A DNA stretch of 64,000 nucleotides from Minisyncoccota bacterium (GCA_040879685.1 JBBDJW010000005.1:21741-85740), one strand, 5' to 3'; positions 1 to 10,238 are shown, counted from the stretch's first letter. Numbers and translations are program-made. Notes: generated by a model from the sequence alone, not told the origin.

Positions 1-1681
1 CTCTTTCGCGATGCTCAACGGTTACCTCATTTTTGGCAAGCTCATCATCTCCAATAACGAGAAAGTAAGGGATTTTTCCCATCTTGGCCTCTCGTATGCG
101 TTTTCCGAGTGTTTCATTCTCATTGAAAAGTTCTACCCGTACACCTTCTCTTGTGAGGGAAGAGCCAATTCTCTCTGCGTATTCCTTGTGTACTTCGCTA
201 ATGGGTAGAACGACGACTTGTACAGGAGAGAGCCAGAGAGGGAATGCTCCTGCAAAATGCTCTATAAGAATTGCAAGAGCGCGCTCGTATGAGCCAAGTA
301 TGGCGCGGTGAATGATAACGGGAGTTTTTTTCTCTCCCTTTCTATCCGTATAAAGAATATTAAATCTTTTTGGAAGTGTGAAATCTATCTGGATTGTTGC
401 AAGTTGCCATTCTCGGCCAAGCGAGTCCTTAAAAATAAAATCTAATTTGGGTCCGTAAATTGCCGCTTCTCCTTCAATTCTTTGCGCATTAAGGTTTAAT
501 TCTTGAGAGACCTCTTCAAGCATTGCCTCAGCATGTTCCCAGTCGGCATCAACCCCCACATAGTTGTCTTTTTTATTCTGGTCACGAACAGAGAGTGATA
601 CCCAATGATTCCCATAAAGACCTAATTCTGAATAAAACTCATCAATTGTTTGTACAATTCGTTTTGCCTCTTCCTTTACCGAAGAAGGCTCTAGAAAGAT
701 ATGCCCATCATCAACGGTGATGGAACGAACGCGTGTAAGTCCGCCAATCTCTCCCGGCTTTTCATCGCGGTACTGCATTGTTGATTCCATATAACGGACA
801 GGGAGATCTTTATAACTGCGTGGCTTAGAGGCATATATTTGAATATGATGAGGGCAATTAACCGGCTTCATAACAAATTCTCCATAGTGACTTACGACTT
901 TTAACAACTCATCGCCAAACTTATCCGCATGTCCGGAGAGTTCATAGAGCTCCCTTTTTGCTATGTGGGGGATGGTTACGCTCTGCATCCCATATTTTTT
1001 ACTAATCGTAGAGAGTTTTTCTTGCAGAAGAGTCCGTAGGAGTGTTCCTTTAGGAGTAAAAAGAGGCAACCCGCTCCCTACAAGTTCTGAAAAAACGAAG
1101 AGGTCAAGCTCACGCCCTAATTTTCTATGGTCGCGCTTTTTTGCCTCTTCCTCATGCGCCTTAAATTCTAGAAGCTCCTCCTTATTTTTAAACGCAATAC
1201 CATAAATACGGGTAAGCATGGCGTTGTTCTCATCTGCACGCCAGTAAGCGCCCGCGATAGAGACAAGTCCGAATCCATCAGGTGCAATTTCATCGGTGCT
1301 CTCTACATGCCCACCGCGACACAAATCAGTAAATGAACCGCTTGTATAAAGAGTAATCTCTTCACCGTTTTCTATAATTTCTTTTATAAGCTCTACCTTA
1401 TAGGGTGCTTCTTTGAAATATTCTTCTGCCTCTTTTTTGCTCACTTCTTTTTTTTTAAAAGAGAGGTTTTTCTTTATGAGTGAGCGCATTTCATCTTCAA
1501 GCATTGCAAGGTCTTCATCTTTAGGGCTTTCTTTTCCTCCAAAATCAAAGTCATAATAAAACCCATTTTCAGTAACGGGACCAATAGCAAGTTTGGCGTG
1601 GGGGTAGTGCTTTAAAACGGCCATTGCCAACACATGTGCAAGTGAGTGGCGAATTTTATAGAGGAGACTTTTTTCTTCCAT
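1..1681 (-). CDS. thrS: Threonyl-tRNA synthetase, 3' end runs off the window
   Basis: Not in ORF track. Manual translation from ATG at 1681 gives MEEKSLLYKIRHSLAHVLAMA..., then GPVTENGFYYDFD, DLCRGGHV, GAYWRADE, RDHRKLG, KPVNCPHH and HRAILGSYER, all ThrRS motifs. No N-terminal TGS domain. Confidence 0.96.
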   Translation of the reverse strand, partial: MEEKSLLYKIRHSLAHVLAMAVLKHYPHAKLAIGPVTENGFYYDFDFGGKESPKDEDLAMLEDEMRSLIKKNLSFKKKEVSKKEAEEYFKEAPYKVELIKEIIENGEEITLYTSGSFTDLCRGGHVESTDEIAPDGFGLVSIAGAYWRADENNAMLTRIYGIAFKNKEELLEFKAHEEEAKKRDHRKLGRELDLFVFSELVGSGLPLFTPKGTLLRTLLQEKLSTISKKYGMQSVTIPHIAKRELYELSGHADKFGDELLKVVSHYGEFVMKPVNCPHHIQIYASKPRSYKDLPVRYMESTMQYRDEKPGEIGGLTRVRSITVDDGHIFLEPSSVKEEAKRIVQTIDEFYSELGLYGNHWVSLSVRDQNKKDNYVGVDADWEHAEAMLEEVSQELNLNAQRIEGEAAIYGPKLDFIFKDSLGREWQLATIQIDFTLPKRFNILYTDRKGEKKTPVIIHRAILGSYERALAILIEHFAGAFPLWLSPVQVVVLPISEVHKEYAERIGSSLTREGVRVELFNENETLGKRIREAKMGKIPYFLVIGDDELAKNEVTVEHRER

Positions 1682-1768
1682 ACAATGCTTATAATAGGGT
1701 AATACTAAGGAGTTATCAAGTAAATTATTAAGAGAGAAGAGTTCTCATTGAAGGACTTGAATCTGTTA

Positions 1769-4700
1769 TTACAATTTTTTTATCTTCTCCACCACCAAAG
1801 AAAGTTCCCCATTTCTATGAGAAATTTTACCATTGATTAAAAGCGCCACAGGTTCTTCTAAAAGATCGCGATGGAGTGCATAGGTGCGCGGGAAAATGAC
1901 TGCATCTATCCTATCGTTTATGTCGGCTATTTTTGCAAACGCCATAGGCTCACCCTTTGAGGTAGTAATGGTTCGGATTTCTTCAAAAATACCGGCAACA
2001 GGCGTGGTAATCCCTTCTCTATAGTTACGCAGTCTTCCGATAGAGAGCTTTTTTTGTGCTATTTTTTCTTTATGTGGGTCAAGTGGATGCCCAGAGACAT
2101 AAACTCCCAGTAGTTCTCTTTCCCAAATAAGCTTCTCCTCTAAAGTGAGTTTTTTTGCACCTTTGAGACGAAGCGAGGGGAGTGACTCTTTTTCATTCAT
2201 TAGTGAGAAAAGTGAGCTTTGTGAATCTCCCATTTTTGTTTGTGATTTGCTATAGGAAAGCGCTTCTTCCATATTAGCAAGCATTTCAGCCCTTCCCTCC
2301 AATTTATCCAGTGCGCCACACTTGATGAGTGACTCTAGAGATTTTTTATTAAGGTTGCGATGATGGATTCTTCCAAGAAATTCTTCAAATGAGGTGAATT
2401 TTCCGTTTTTTCCCCGCTCTTCAATAAGAGCATCAGCTATCTCACGACCGAAATTCTTGATTGAGTAGAGTCCAAAGCGAATCTGGTCACCTAAAGAGAC
2501 TTCTTTTTTTGAAGCGGAGTCCGGTGACTTTGAAGGAAGTCCAGGCTTGCTGGCTTTAATAACAGTAAAGTCTCCAAAACTCTCATTGACATCAGGTGGG
2601 AGGACAGGGATTCCTATACGAATACATTCCACAATAAGCTCGGAAATTTTCTGTGTATCGCCCGCATCGGCCGTAAGAACAGAAGCCATATATTCTGTCG
2701 GATAGTGCGTCTTCATATATGCAGTTTGGTAAGCAACCTTACCATAACTTGCGGCGTGGGCCTTGTTGAAACCGTATCCCTGAAATGGTTCAAAGAGGCT
2801 CCAGAGATGCTCGGCGTCTTTCTCACTCATCCCGCTATATTTTTGACACTTTTCAACAAAAAGAATATGTTGTTTTGCCATTTCTTCAGGATTTTTTTTA
2901 CCAACAGCCTTTCTAAATTTATCTACTTCTCCCCAACTATATCCGGCAACTTTGATTGCACTCATAAGAAGGTCATCTTGATACACAAGTACGCCATGAG
3001 TGGTACTAAGAAACTCTTCCATTTTAGGGTGGGCGTACGTCGTCTCCTTTTGGGCATTTTTTCGTGCGATATATTCGTTTATGTTTTCCATTGGTCCAGG
3101 GCGATAGAGTGCGACCATAAGGTTGATGTCATGGATAGAGGTTGGCTTGAGTTCTTTTAAATAACGGGTCATACCTTGGCCGTTTAATTGAAAAAGAGCC
3201 AGCGTTTCTCCTCGTGTGAGTAGCTCAAATGTTTCCTTATCATCCATAGGTATTTTTTCGACATCAATATCCTTGCCGTAATTCTCTCTAACGCGTACGC
3301 GCGTATTAGAGAGAATGGTGAGGTTTTTAATGCCAAGAAAATCAAATTTCAGAAGCCCCATATCTTCAACGGAGTGCATGTCATACTGCGTTATAATCCG
3401 CTCTCCTTGCGGGTCATATTGAAGGGGAACAAATTCAGAAAGAGGTCGAGAAGAGATAACAACACCGGCCGCGTGAACGCTAATGTGCCGGACGGTCCCT
3501 TCAAGTTTTTTTGCCAAGTCAATAATCTCTCGTGCATCATCCTCTTGTTTATATATTTTTTCAAGTTCGGGGATCGTTGCGAGCGCACGGTCTATGGTCA
3601 TGGGAAAGCCTTGTAAACCAAAAGGGATGAGTTTTGAGATACGATCACCTGTTGCATAGGGGTAGCCAAGGGAGCGCGCAACATCGCGCACTGCTCCGCG
3701 CGCCATCATGGTCCCGAAGGTGCCAATCTGAGCAACCTTATCTTCCCCATATTTATGCCGTGCGTACGCGATTACTTCATCACGCCTGTCATCAGCAAAA
3801 TCCATATCAACATCCGGGGCCGAAGGACGCTCGGGGTTTAAGAATCGTTCAAAGGGGAGTTTGAAGTAGAGCGGATCAACATTGGTAATGCCGGTGAGAT
3901 AAGAAACAAGAGAACCGGCGGCACTGCCGCGCGTTGTTGTTAAAATGCTTCGCTTTTGCGCAAAGTGGAGAAGGTCCCCTACGACAAGGAAGTAGGGTGA
4001 GTACCCTTTTGACTTGATAACATTAAGTTCATATTCAATTCTCTCACGTACTTCCTTCGTCTCCTTCATATTTTTCTTTTTGAGACCTTCATAGGTAAGG
4101 CGTTTAAGCTCCGAGTCGTAACTTGTCCCCTTTGGAATTTCATAGTTAGGAAAGTTCCAATCACCCATTGAGAGCGAAAGTGTGCACATCTCTGCAATTT
4201 TTTCTGTATTTTCTACTGCCTCGGGAATATCAGCAAAATATTCCTTAGCTGTTTTGGTATCAATAAAAGAAAAGCTGTCTCCCGAGAGCGAAAGACGGCG
4301 TGCATCATCAAGGTCGGTGTTTTGTTGAATTGCAAGAAGTGTCTCATGGGCTCGCGCATCTTCATCATGCAAATAATGCGAATCTTGAGTTCCCACAAGG
4401 GGAAGGTTATGTTTTCGAGCAAGGTCAATGGTCGCTGCACGTACTTCAAGGAGTCCCTCAATATTGGGGTGGTGCATTATTTCAAGAAAGTAACGGTCTT
4501 TACCAAAGATGTCTTTATATTCAGCAATCACTTCTTCAGCACATTCCATATTTTTATTCTCAAGAGCACGTGAGAGTTCGCTTGCCATACAGCCAGAGAG
4601 ACACACGAGTCCTTCGGAGTGCTGGCGCAAGAGCTCTTTATCAATTCGTGGCTTGTAGTAAAATCCTTCCAAATGAGAAAGTGAGACGAGCTTCACAAGA

Positions 4701-5002
4701 TTACTATAGCCTTTCTCGTTTTGCGCAAGAAGGGTGAGATGGTAGCGCCGATTATCAATGCCCGCTCGTTTTTCATACATACTCCCTTGTGCAATGTACG
4801 CTTCAAGACCAATAATGGGTTTGATGCCCTCTGTTTTGCATTTTTTATAAAATTCAATCGCTCCATAGAGCACGCCATGATCGGTAAGAGCGAGCGCGGG
4901 CATTTCATATTTTTTTGCTAAGTCAACCATCGGTCCCACCTTGGAGAGGCCATCCAAAAGAGAGTAGTGTGAATGAGTGTGTAAATGGATGAAGGAAGAC
5001 AT
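1769..5002 (-). CDS. dnaE: DNA polymerase III alpha subunit
   Basis: PHP domain (HLHTHSHYSLLDG, TDHG), RGSAAGS, PDVDMDF catalytic motif, KFDFLG, FNKAHAASY, C-terminal OB fold. Confidence 0.98.
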   Translation of the reverse strand: MSSFIHLHTHSHYSLLDGLSKVGPMVDLAKKYEMPALALTDHGVLYGAIEFYKKCKTEGIKPIIGLEAYIAQGSMYEKRAGIDNRRYHLTLLAQNEKGYSNLVKLVSLSHLEGFYYKPRIDKELLRQHSEGLVCLSGCMASELSRALENKNMECAEEVIAEYKDIFGKDRYFLEIMHHPNIEGLLEVRAATIDLARKHNLPLVGTQDSHYLHDEDARAHETLLAIQQNTDLDDARRLSLSGDSFSFIDTKTAKEYFADIPEAVENTEKIAEMCTLSLSMGDWNFPNYEIPKGTSYDSELKRLTYEGLKKKNMKETKEVRERIEYELNVIKSKGYSPYFLVVGDLLHFAQKRSILTTTRGSAAGSLVSYLTGITNVDPLYFKLPFERFLNPERPSAPDVDMDFADDRRDEVIAYARHKYGEDKVAQIGTFGTMMARGAVRDVARSLGYPYATGDRISKLIPFGLQGFPMTIDRALATIPELEKIYKQEDDAREIIDLAKKLEGTVRHISVHAAGVVISSRPLSEFVPLQYDPQGERIITQYDMHSVEDMGLLKFDFLGIKNLTILSNTRVRVRENYGKDIDVEKIPMDDKETFELLTRGETLALFQLNGQGMTRYLKELKPTSIHDINLMVALYRPGPMENINEYIARKNAQKETTYAHPKMEEFLSTTHGVLVYQDDLLMSAIKVAGYSWGEVDKFRKAVGKKNPEEMAKQHILFVEKCQKYSGMSEKDAEHLWSLFEPFQGYGFNKAHAASYGKVAYQTAYMKTHYPTEYMASVLTADAGDTQKISELIVECIRIGIPVLPPDVNESFGDFTVIKASKPGLPSKSPDSASKKEVSLGDQIRFGLYSIKNFGREIADALIEERGKNGKFTSFEEFLGRIHHRNLNKKSLESLIKCGALDKLEGRAEMLANMEEALSYSKSQTKMGDSQSSLFSLMNEKESLPSLRLKGAKKLTLEEKLIWERELLGVYVSGHPLDPHKEKIAQKKLSIGRLRNYREGITTPVAGIFEEIRTITTSKGEPMAFAKIADINDRIDAVIFPRTYALHRDLLEEPVALLINGKISHRNGELSLVVEKIKKL

Positions 5003-5039
5003 GGTATGCTAATAGTTATCAGTATAGCACACACTTTCT

Positions 5040-5660
5040 ATGGTAAGGACGAAGGCGTACAAGTATATAATTGGTGCCGATGAGGCAGGACGCGGACCCT
5101 TGGCAGGGCCTGTGGCTGTTGCTTGTGTAAAAATGGTAGCTTCCTTATATGATGAGGAGGCGCTTTTTTCTCGCTTTGCATATCTGAATGATTCAAAGAA
5201 AGTAACACCAAAACGACGTGAGGTGCTCTATGAAGAAATAAAGAAGGCCCAGAAAGAAAAAATACTTTCAGTAGCTCTCTTTTTTACTTCAAACAAAGAA
5301 ATAGATAAAAGAGGTATTATGAAGGCGACCCACGCCGCACTTCACCGAGGGCTCTTCAAATGCACGAATAATCCGGAGGACGCCCACGTATTACTTGATG
5401 GAACGCTTACGGCCCCCGATGTGTTTGTAAGACAAAAAACAATTATTCATGGAGACGAGAAAGAACCCTTAATCATGCTCGCTTCAATTGTTGCTAAAGT
5501 TTCTCGCGATAGGGCAATGTTTGCCTTGGCACAGGAGTACCCGCACTATGGTTTTGAGAAGCATAAGGGATACGGGACAAAAGAGCACACGCGTGCACTT
5601 TACCGTTACGGTCCTTGTCCAGCACATCGTATAAGTTTTCTCTCTCGGATTTTAAAATAA
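5040..5660 (+). CDS. rnhB: Ribonuclease HII
   Basis: GADEAGRGPLAGP, DSKK, ASIVAKVSRD, HKGYGT, HRISF. Confidence 0.96.
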   Translation: MVRTKAYKYIIGADEAGRGPLAGPVAVACVKMVASLYDEEALFSRFAYLNDSKKVTPKRREVLYEEIKKAQKEKILSVALFFTSNKEIDKRGIMKATHAALHRGLFKCTNNPEDAHVLLDGTLTAPDVFVRQKTIIHGDEKEPLIMLASIVAKVSRDRAMFALAQEYPHYGFEKHKGYGTKEHTRALYRYGPCPAHRISFLSRILK

Positions 5661-5897
5661 AAATAGTCCTTTGATATTCTTTGTAGAGTGTTTTTTATAA
5701 CCATAGAGCGCCCACCAGCTATTTCAAGGCTCTCTTAGAAAGTTTGTCTGGGAAGAGATTGAAGCCAACCCTCCTTCTCGGTGGAAACTAAAACGAAGAT
5801 GATGTATCGCGGGCTAGGTATCTGGAGGCTTTTTCTTTTAAATTTAAACGGCCTAAACCATTGCTTTTTTGAGGACTTTATGTAATACTAGGCAATT

Positions 5898-6104
5898 ATG
5901 TCAGTACGAATGAGGCATACGAGAGGCCACACAAAAAACAGGCGCTCTCACCATTTCTTAAAAGAACCGTGTCTTGCCACGTGCGGAAAGTGCGGAGAAA
6001 AGCACCTCTATCACAGAGCGTGTCTTTCTTGTGGTACCTACAAAGGTAAAGAAGTTCGTGTTTCTGCAAAGACTCGTACGAAGAAAGATGAGAAGAAGGC
6101 ATAA
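5898..6104 (+). CDS. rpmF: 50S ribosomal protein L32 (zinc-ribbon form)
   Basis: RHTRGHTKNRRSH, CGKC...HRACLSCGTY. Confidence 0.95.
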   Translation: MSVRMRHTRGHTKNRRSHHFLKEPCLATCGKCGEKHLYHRACLSCGTYKGKEVRVSAKTRTKKDEKKA

Positions 6105-6156
6105 TTTTCTTCTGTCACATTTATTGTTGAAGGGAAGAGGGAGTGCGCTTTTATAT

Positions 6157-7092
6157 ATGGCGAATAGGCACCTTTCAAGAAGTATTGTAATGCAGACCCT
6201 CTTTGAGTGGGATTTTATGCACTATGATACGACAAAAGCACAAGAAATCCTTGAGCGTAATGCTAAGGAGTTTGCTCCCGGATTGCCTCAAGAGGCACGT
6301 GCGGGAGATTTTTCATTTACAAAGAAACTTCTTGAAGGAATTCTTAAAAAACAAAAAACACTAGACTCTCTCATTGAGAAAGCAGCACCTGAATGGCCTC
6401 TTTCTAAAGTATCTATTGTTGACCGCAACGTACTTCGTATAGGTCTCTACGAACTTCTCTTTGGAGTGAAGGGAGAGGTACCTCCTAAGGTGGCAATTAA
6501 CGAAGCAATTGAACTTGCAAAAACGTTTAGCGGGCTCAATAGCGGAAAGTTTATTAATGGAGTGCTCGGTAGCGTCTATCGTGAGTTAGGTGAACCAGGA
6601 AAAAACGACAAGCCAGTAAAAAAGAACCACAACATTGACCCAGCGAAAATGCCTATTTATAAAAAGGGCGGGGCGGTTATCTACAGTATTCATGAAGGAG
6701 TTGTGCATCTCGCCCTTGTCCACGATATCTTTGGCCGTTGGACATTATCAAAAGGAGGGATTGAAACCATGGGTGACCAAAAGGAATTGACAGTAAAAAA
6801 AATTAAAGAGGAAATCGGTATTACTATTACAATAGAAGATACACTCGGAGAGAATGAATACATCGCCTCTGATCCTCAGGAAGGCAAGGTTCGCAAACAA
6901 GTAACCTACTATCTTGCGAGCGCCTCTTATCAAACGCTTACGCTTGGTGAGACCGGGGGACTTGATGATGTAAGATGGTTTCCACTTGCTGAAGTGCCAT
7001 CGTTGAGGATGTATGATGATATTTTGCCGATTTTAACAAAAGGCATTGAGAAGATAACAAAAAAGAAAAACCGTTCAGAAGAAAAAAAATAA
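6157..7092 (+). CDS. nusB: Transcription antitermination factor NusB fused to a C-terminal NUDIX-like domain
   Basis: Start moved to ATG 6157 (MANRHLSRSIVMQ). NusB motifs DRNVLR, VAINEAIELAK, FINGVL. C-terminal WTLSKGG...KEEIG resembles a degenerate Nudix box. Confidence 0.92.
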   Translation: MANRHLSRSIVMQTLFEWDFMHYDTTKAQEILERNAKEFAPGLPQEARAGDFSFTKKLLEGILKKQKTLDSLIEKAAPEWPLSKVSIVDRNVLRIGLYELLFGVKGEVPPKVAINEAIELAKTFSGLNSGKFINGVLGSVYRELGEPGKNDKPVKKNHNIDPAKMPIYKKGGAVIYSIHEGVVHLALVHDIFGRWTLSKGGIETMGDQKELTVKKIKEEIGITITIEDTLGENEYIASDPQEGKVRKQVTYYLASASYQTLTLGETGGLDDVRWFPLAEVPSLRMYDDILPILTKGIEKITKKKNRSEEKK

Positions 7093-7094
7093 TC

Positions 7095-7787
7095 ATGAAA
7101 GACTTTTCAGAATTTGAATCCATTTCCGCTGTTTCATTTAAAAACAAAGACCTCCTGAAGCAGGCCTTTCTTCATCGTTCATATTTAAATGAGCATCCTG
7201 AAGAAACATTAGGTAACAATGAACGCCTTGAATTCCTTGGAGACGCCGTTTTAGAGCTTGTAGTAACAGGGTATCTCTTTAACCGGTTTCCAGAGAAGCC
7301 AGAGGGGGAGCTTACCGCTTATCGTGCAGCGCTTGTTAATACACAAAGTATCTCAGAGGCCGCACGACGATTGTCTATGAACAACTTCCTTCTTCTTTCA
7401 AAAGGTGAGGCACGTGACACAGGAAAGGCACGAGACTATATTCTTGCAAACACCTTTGAATCGGTCATTGGCGCCATATATCTTGATTGCGGGTATGAAG
7501 AAGCGTATGAATTTATTAAAAACAATCTTTTTCCACAACTTGATGAAATTTTAGAAAATGGCTCATGGCAAGATGCGAAAAGTAAATTTCAAGAACGTGC
7601 ACAAGAGCACGAGGGAATTACGCCTGTCTATAACCTCCTTGAAGAAAATGGTCCCGATCATGCAAAGAATTTTATTGTCGGTGTATATTTGGGAGATGTA
7701 CTGAGAGGAGAGGGAGGCGGGGGGTCAAAACAACAAGCCGAGCAGGAGGCGGCGCTTGATGCGCTTAAAAAAAGCGGTTGGGAGTAA
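7095..7787 (+). CDS. rnc: Ribonuclease III
   Basis: NERLEFLGDAVL signature plus C-terminal dsRBD (GPDH, SKQQAEQEAA). Confidence 0.97.
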   Translation: MKDFSEFESISAVSFKNKDLLKQAFLHRSYLNEHPEETLGNNERLEFLGDAVLELVVTGYLFNRFPEKPEGELTAYRAALVNTQSISEAARRLSMNNFLLLSKGEARDTGKARDYILANTFESVIGAIYLDCGYEEAYEFIKNNLFPQLDEILENGSWQDAKSKFQERAQEHEGITPVYNLLEENGPDHAKNFIVGVYLGDVLRGEGGGGSKQQAEQEAALDALKKSGWE

Positions 7788-7804
7788 GCGAAACGTATAC
7801 ATGT

Positions 7805-10111
7805 ATGTACTTGAAGAGACTTCATCTTTCTGGTTTTAAATCATTTGCTCGGGATACTGAGCTTTCATTTACTACTCCTATAACAGCAATTGTTGGACCA
7901 AATGGTTCAGGGAAGTCAAACATTGCAGAAGCGATTCGTTTTGTACTCGGTGAACAGAGTATGAAATCCTTACGCTCAAAACGAGGTGAAGACCTTATCT
8001 TCAACGGTTCAAAAACGCTCTCCCGCGCAAGCAAGGCTAGTGTTGCAATTTCATTTGATAACACAAAAAAAACTTTTCCACTTGATTATGACGAGGTGGA
8101 GCTAAAACGAGTTGTGTATCGTGATACCACCAATCAATATTTTTTAAATGGAAAACGGGTACGATTGAAAGATATTATTGAAACACTCTCGGCGATTCAT
8201 ATTGGTGCGTCAAGTCATCACATTATCTCGCAAGGAGAGGCAGACAGAATTTTAAATGCCTCCATCAAAGAGCGAAGAGTAATGATTGAAGATGCACTTG
8301 GGTTGCGTATTTATCAATATAAAAAAGCAGAAAGCGAACGAAAACTAGCAAAAACAAAAGAAAACATAAACCACGTTGAGGCACTCAACAAAGAAATTAC
8401 TCCGCACCTCAAATTCTTAGAGAAACAAGTAAAGAAAATAGAAGAAGCAGAAGTTTTAAAAAAGGCTCTTATAGAGCTTTATAAGGAATATTTTGCTCTT
8501 GAAGAAGGATACCTAACACATCACCGTCTGCTTCTTGGCAAAAAGCGACATCTTCCTGAGGTGGAGCTTAGGGAGGTAGAGACACAAATAAAAGAGAGCG
8601 AGGAGGGCCTCTTGGTGCTTGAAGGAGGGGAGGTTAAGAGCCAAAAGAGAATTGACCTTGAGGAGAAACTTTCTAAAATTGCCAAAGAAAAAGATGAGCA
8701 CTCCCGCCGCCTCGGGCGTCTTGAGGGAATGCTTCTCTATGAAGAGAAAAGGAAGAAAAGGGCACAAAAAGAACCACGGGGAGAGAGAATAGAGATAAGC
8801 GCTTTCCACTTGCGAGATTTTATTGGTAAGCTCAAAAATCTTATTAAGGAGGGAGAAGGGCTTAGAGACAGTGCTTCTTTGTCGGGGCTTTGGGAGAGAA
8901 TGAAAAACACCGCAGAGGCATTTTATCAGCAGTATGAAATTGTTGCCCTCTCTGAAGAAAAACAAGAAGAGACTAAAATTGATGAAGAGGCTTTGTCACA
9001 CCAAGAGAATGAGGAAGATACCTATGAGCACCTTGTGTCGCAAAAGCGGTTACTTGAAGAAAAAGAACGAACACTGACTTCCGAGGAGAGGGATCTGCAA
9101 GAGAAACGAGAGAAACTTACACACACTATTGAAAAAGAAAGGGTGGAGGAGCGGGCAATTGAACAAAAATTATTTTCTCTACGAACACGAAAAACAGAGC
9201 TTCTTTCAGAAATTGAAATGGTGGGGGTCCATGAAGAGAGGCTCACTGAAGAAGAGAGGCGTTTTAACGTGGAGAGAACGGAAGCTGGGCATCTTCTCGG
9301 CCTTTCCTCTCTTCGTTATGAAAAGAAAACTTTCTCTGAATCAGTTGATAAAGAGGCGTTACGTATCTCACAGGAAGAAAAAAGAAGAAAGGCGGAGAGA
9401 ATGAAGGTTAAAATAGAAGACCTTGTTGGGGGCGGGGGAGACGAGCTCCTTGCTGAATATGAGGAGGTAAAAGAGCGGGCAGAATATTTAGAGAAAGAGC
9501 TTGTTGACTTGAGAAAGAGTACGGGAGCGCTTCTAGAACTTATTGGTGAGCTTGGAGAAAAAATTGACAAGGAATTTAAGGAAGGCGTTTTAAAAATAAA
9601 CAAAGAGTTTGGAAAGCTCTTTGAGACTATGTTTAGCGGGGGTGTTGCTAAAGTCGCATTAATTTCTCCGCCATCAAAACGAATAAAAAGAGATACAGAA
9701 GTTGAAGACGAATTTATAGAGGGGGGAGAGGAATTTGAAGAAGAACAAGAGGAAGGTATTGATATTGAAGTTTCCCTTCCTCATAAACGCCTTAAAGGAC
9801 TCCATATGCTCTCAGGAGGAGAAAGAACACTTACCTCTATTGCGCTCATCTTTGCACTCTCTTTGGTCAATCCGCCACCATTTTTAGTACTTGATGAGAC
9901 AGACGCTGCTCTTGACGAGGCAAATTCAAGAAAATATGGAGAGGTGGTTAAGGAACTCTCAAAAAAGACGCAATTTATTATCATCACTCATAATCGTGAG
10001 ACAATGAATACCGCGCATGTACTCTATGGCGTCACCTCAACTTTCGATGCGGTGTCTAGAATTCTTTCTCTTAAATTTGATGAGGCCGAGGAGTTGGCAC
10101 AAAGTGTGTGA
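7805..10111 (+). CDS. smc: Smc chromosome segregation ATPase, short form without a recognisable hinge
   Basis: GFKSF, Walker A GPNGSGKSN, Q-loop ISQG, LSGGE signature, Walker B LVLDE-TDAALD, IITH. Follows rnc, and scpAB are in the window. Confidence 0.92.
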   Translation: MYLKRLHLSGFKSFARDTELSFTTPITAIVGPNGSGKSNIAEAIRFVLGEQSMKSLRSKRGEDLIFNGSKTLSRASKASVAISFDNTKKTFPLDYDEVELKRVVYRDTTNQYFLNGKRVRLKDIIETLSAIHIGASSHHIISQGEADRILNASIKERRVMIEDALGLRIYQYKKAESERKLAKTKENINHVEALNKEITPHLKFLEKQVKKIEEAEVLKKALIELYKEYFALEEGYLTHHRLLLGKKRHLPEVELREVETQIKESEEGLLVLEGGEVKSQKRIDLEEKLSKIAKEKDEHSRRLGRLEGMLLYEEKRKKRAQKEPRGERIEISAFHLRDFIGKLKNLIKEGEGLRDSASLSGLWERMKNTAEAFYQQYEIVALSEEKQEETKIDEEALSHQENEEDTYEHLVSQKRLLEEKERTLTSEERDLQEKREKLTHTIEKERVEERAIEQKLFSLRTRKTELLSEIEMVGVHEERLTEEERRFNVERTEAGHLLGLSSLRYEKKTFSESVDKEALRISQEEKRRKAERMKVKIEDLVGGGGDELLAEYEEVKERAEYLEKELVDLRKSTGALLELIGELGEKIDKEFKEGVLKINKEFGKLFETMFSGGVAKVALISPPSKRIKRDTEVEDEFIEGGEEFEEEQEEGIDIEVSLPHKRLKGLHMLSGGERTLTSIALIFALSLVNPPPFLVLDETDAALDEANSRKYGEVVKELSKKTQFIIITHNRETMNTAHVLYGVTSTFDAVSRILSLKFDEAEELAQSV

Positions 10112-10238
10112 GCATGTAGTTTTTAGGTGATCAGTGCCTAAGAGTCTGAGAGAGGGGTAAGAATTATTAAAATCTAAAATTCAAATACTCCAGCACCCTA
10201 AGCTTCTCTTCGCAAAGCCAAGGATTGCAAGCTCTCTG

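Noticed and set aside
2491-2557. Intein in DnaE (also checked DnaB)
   Set aside because: The insert is about 20 aa without Cys/Ser start or His-Asn end, and DnaB is of normal length.
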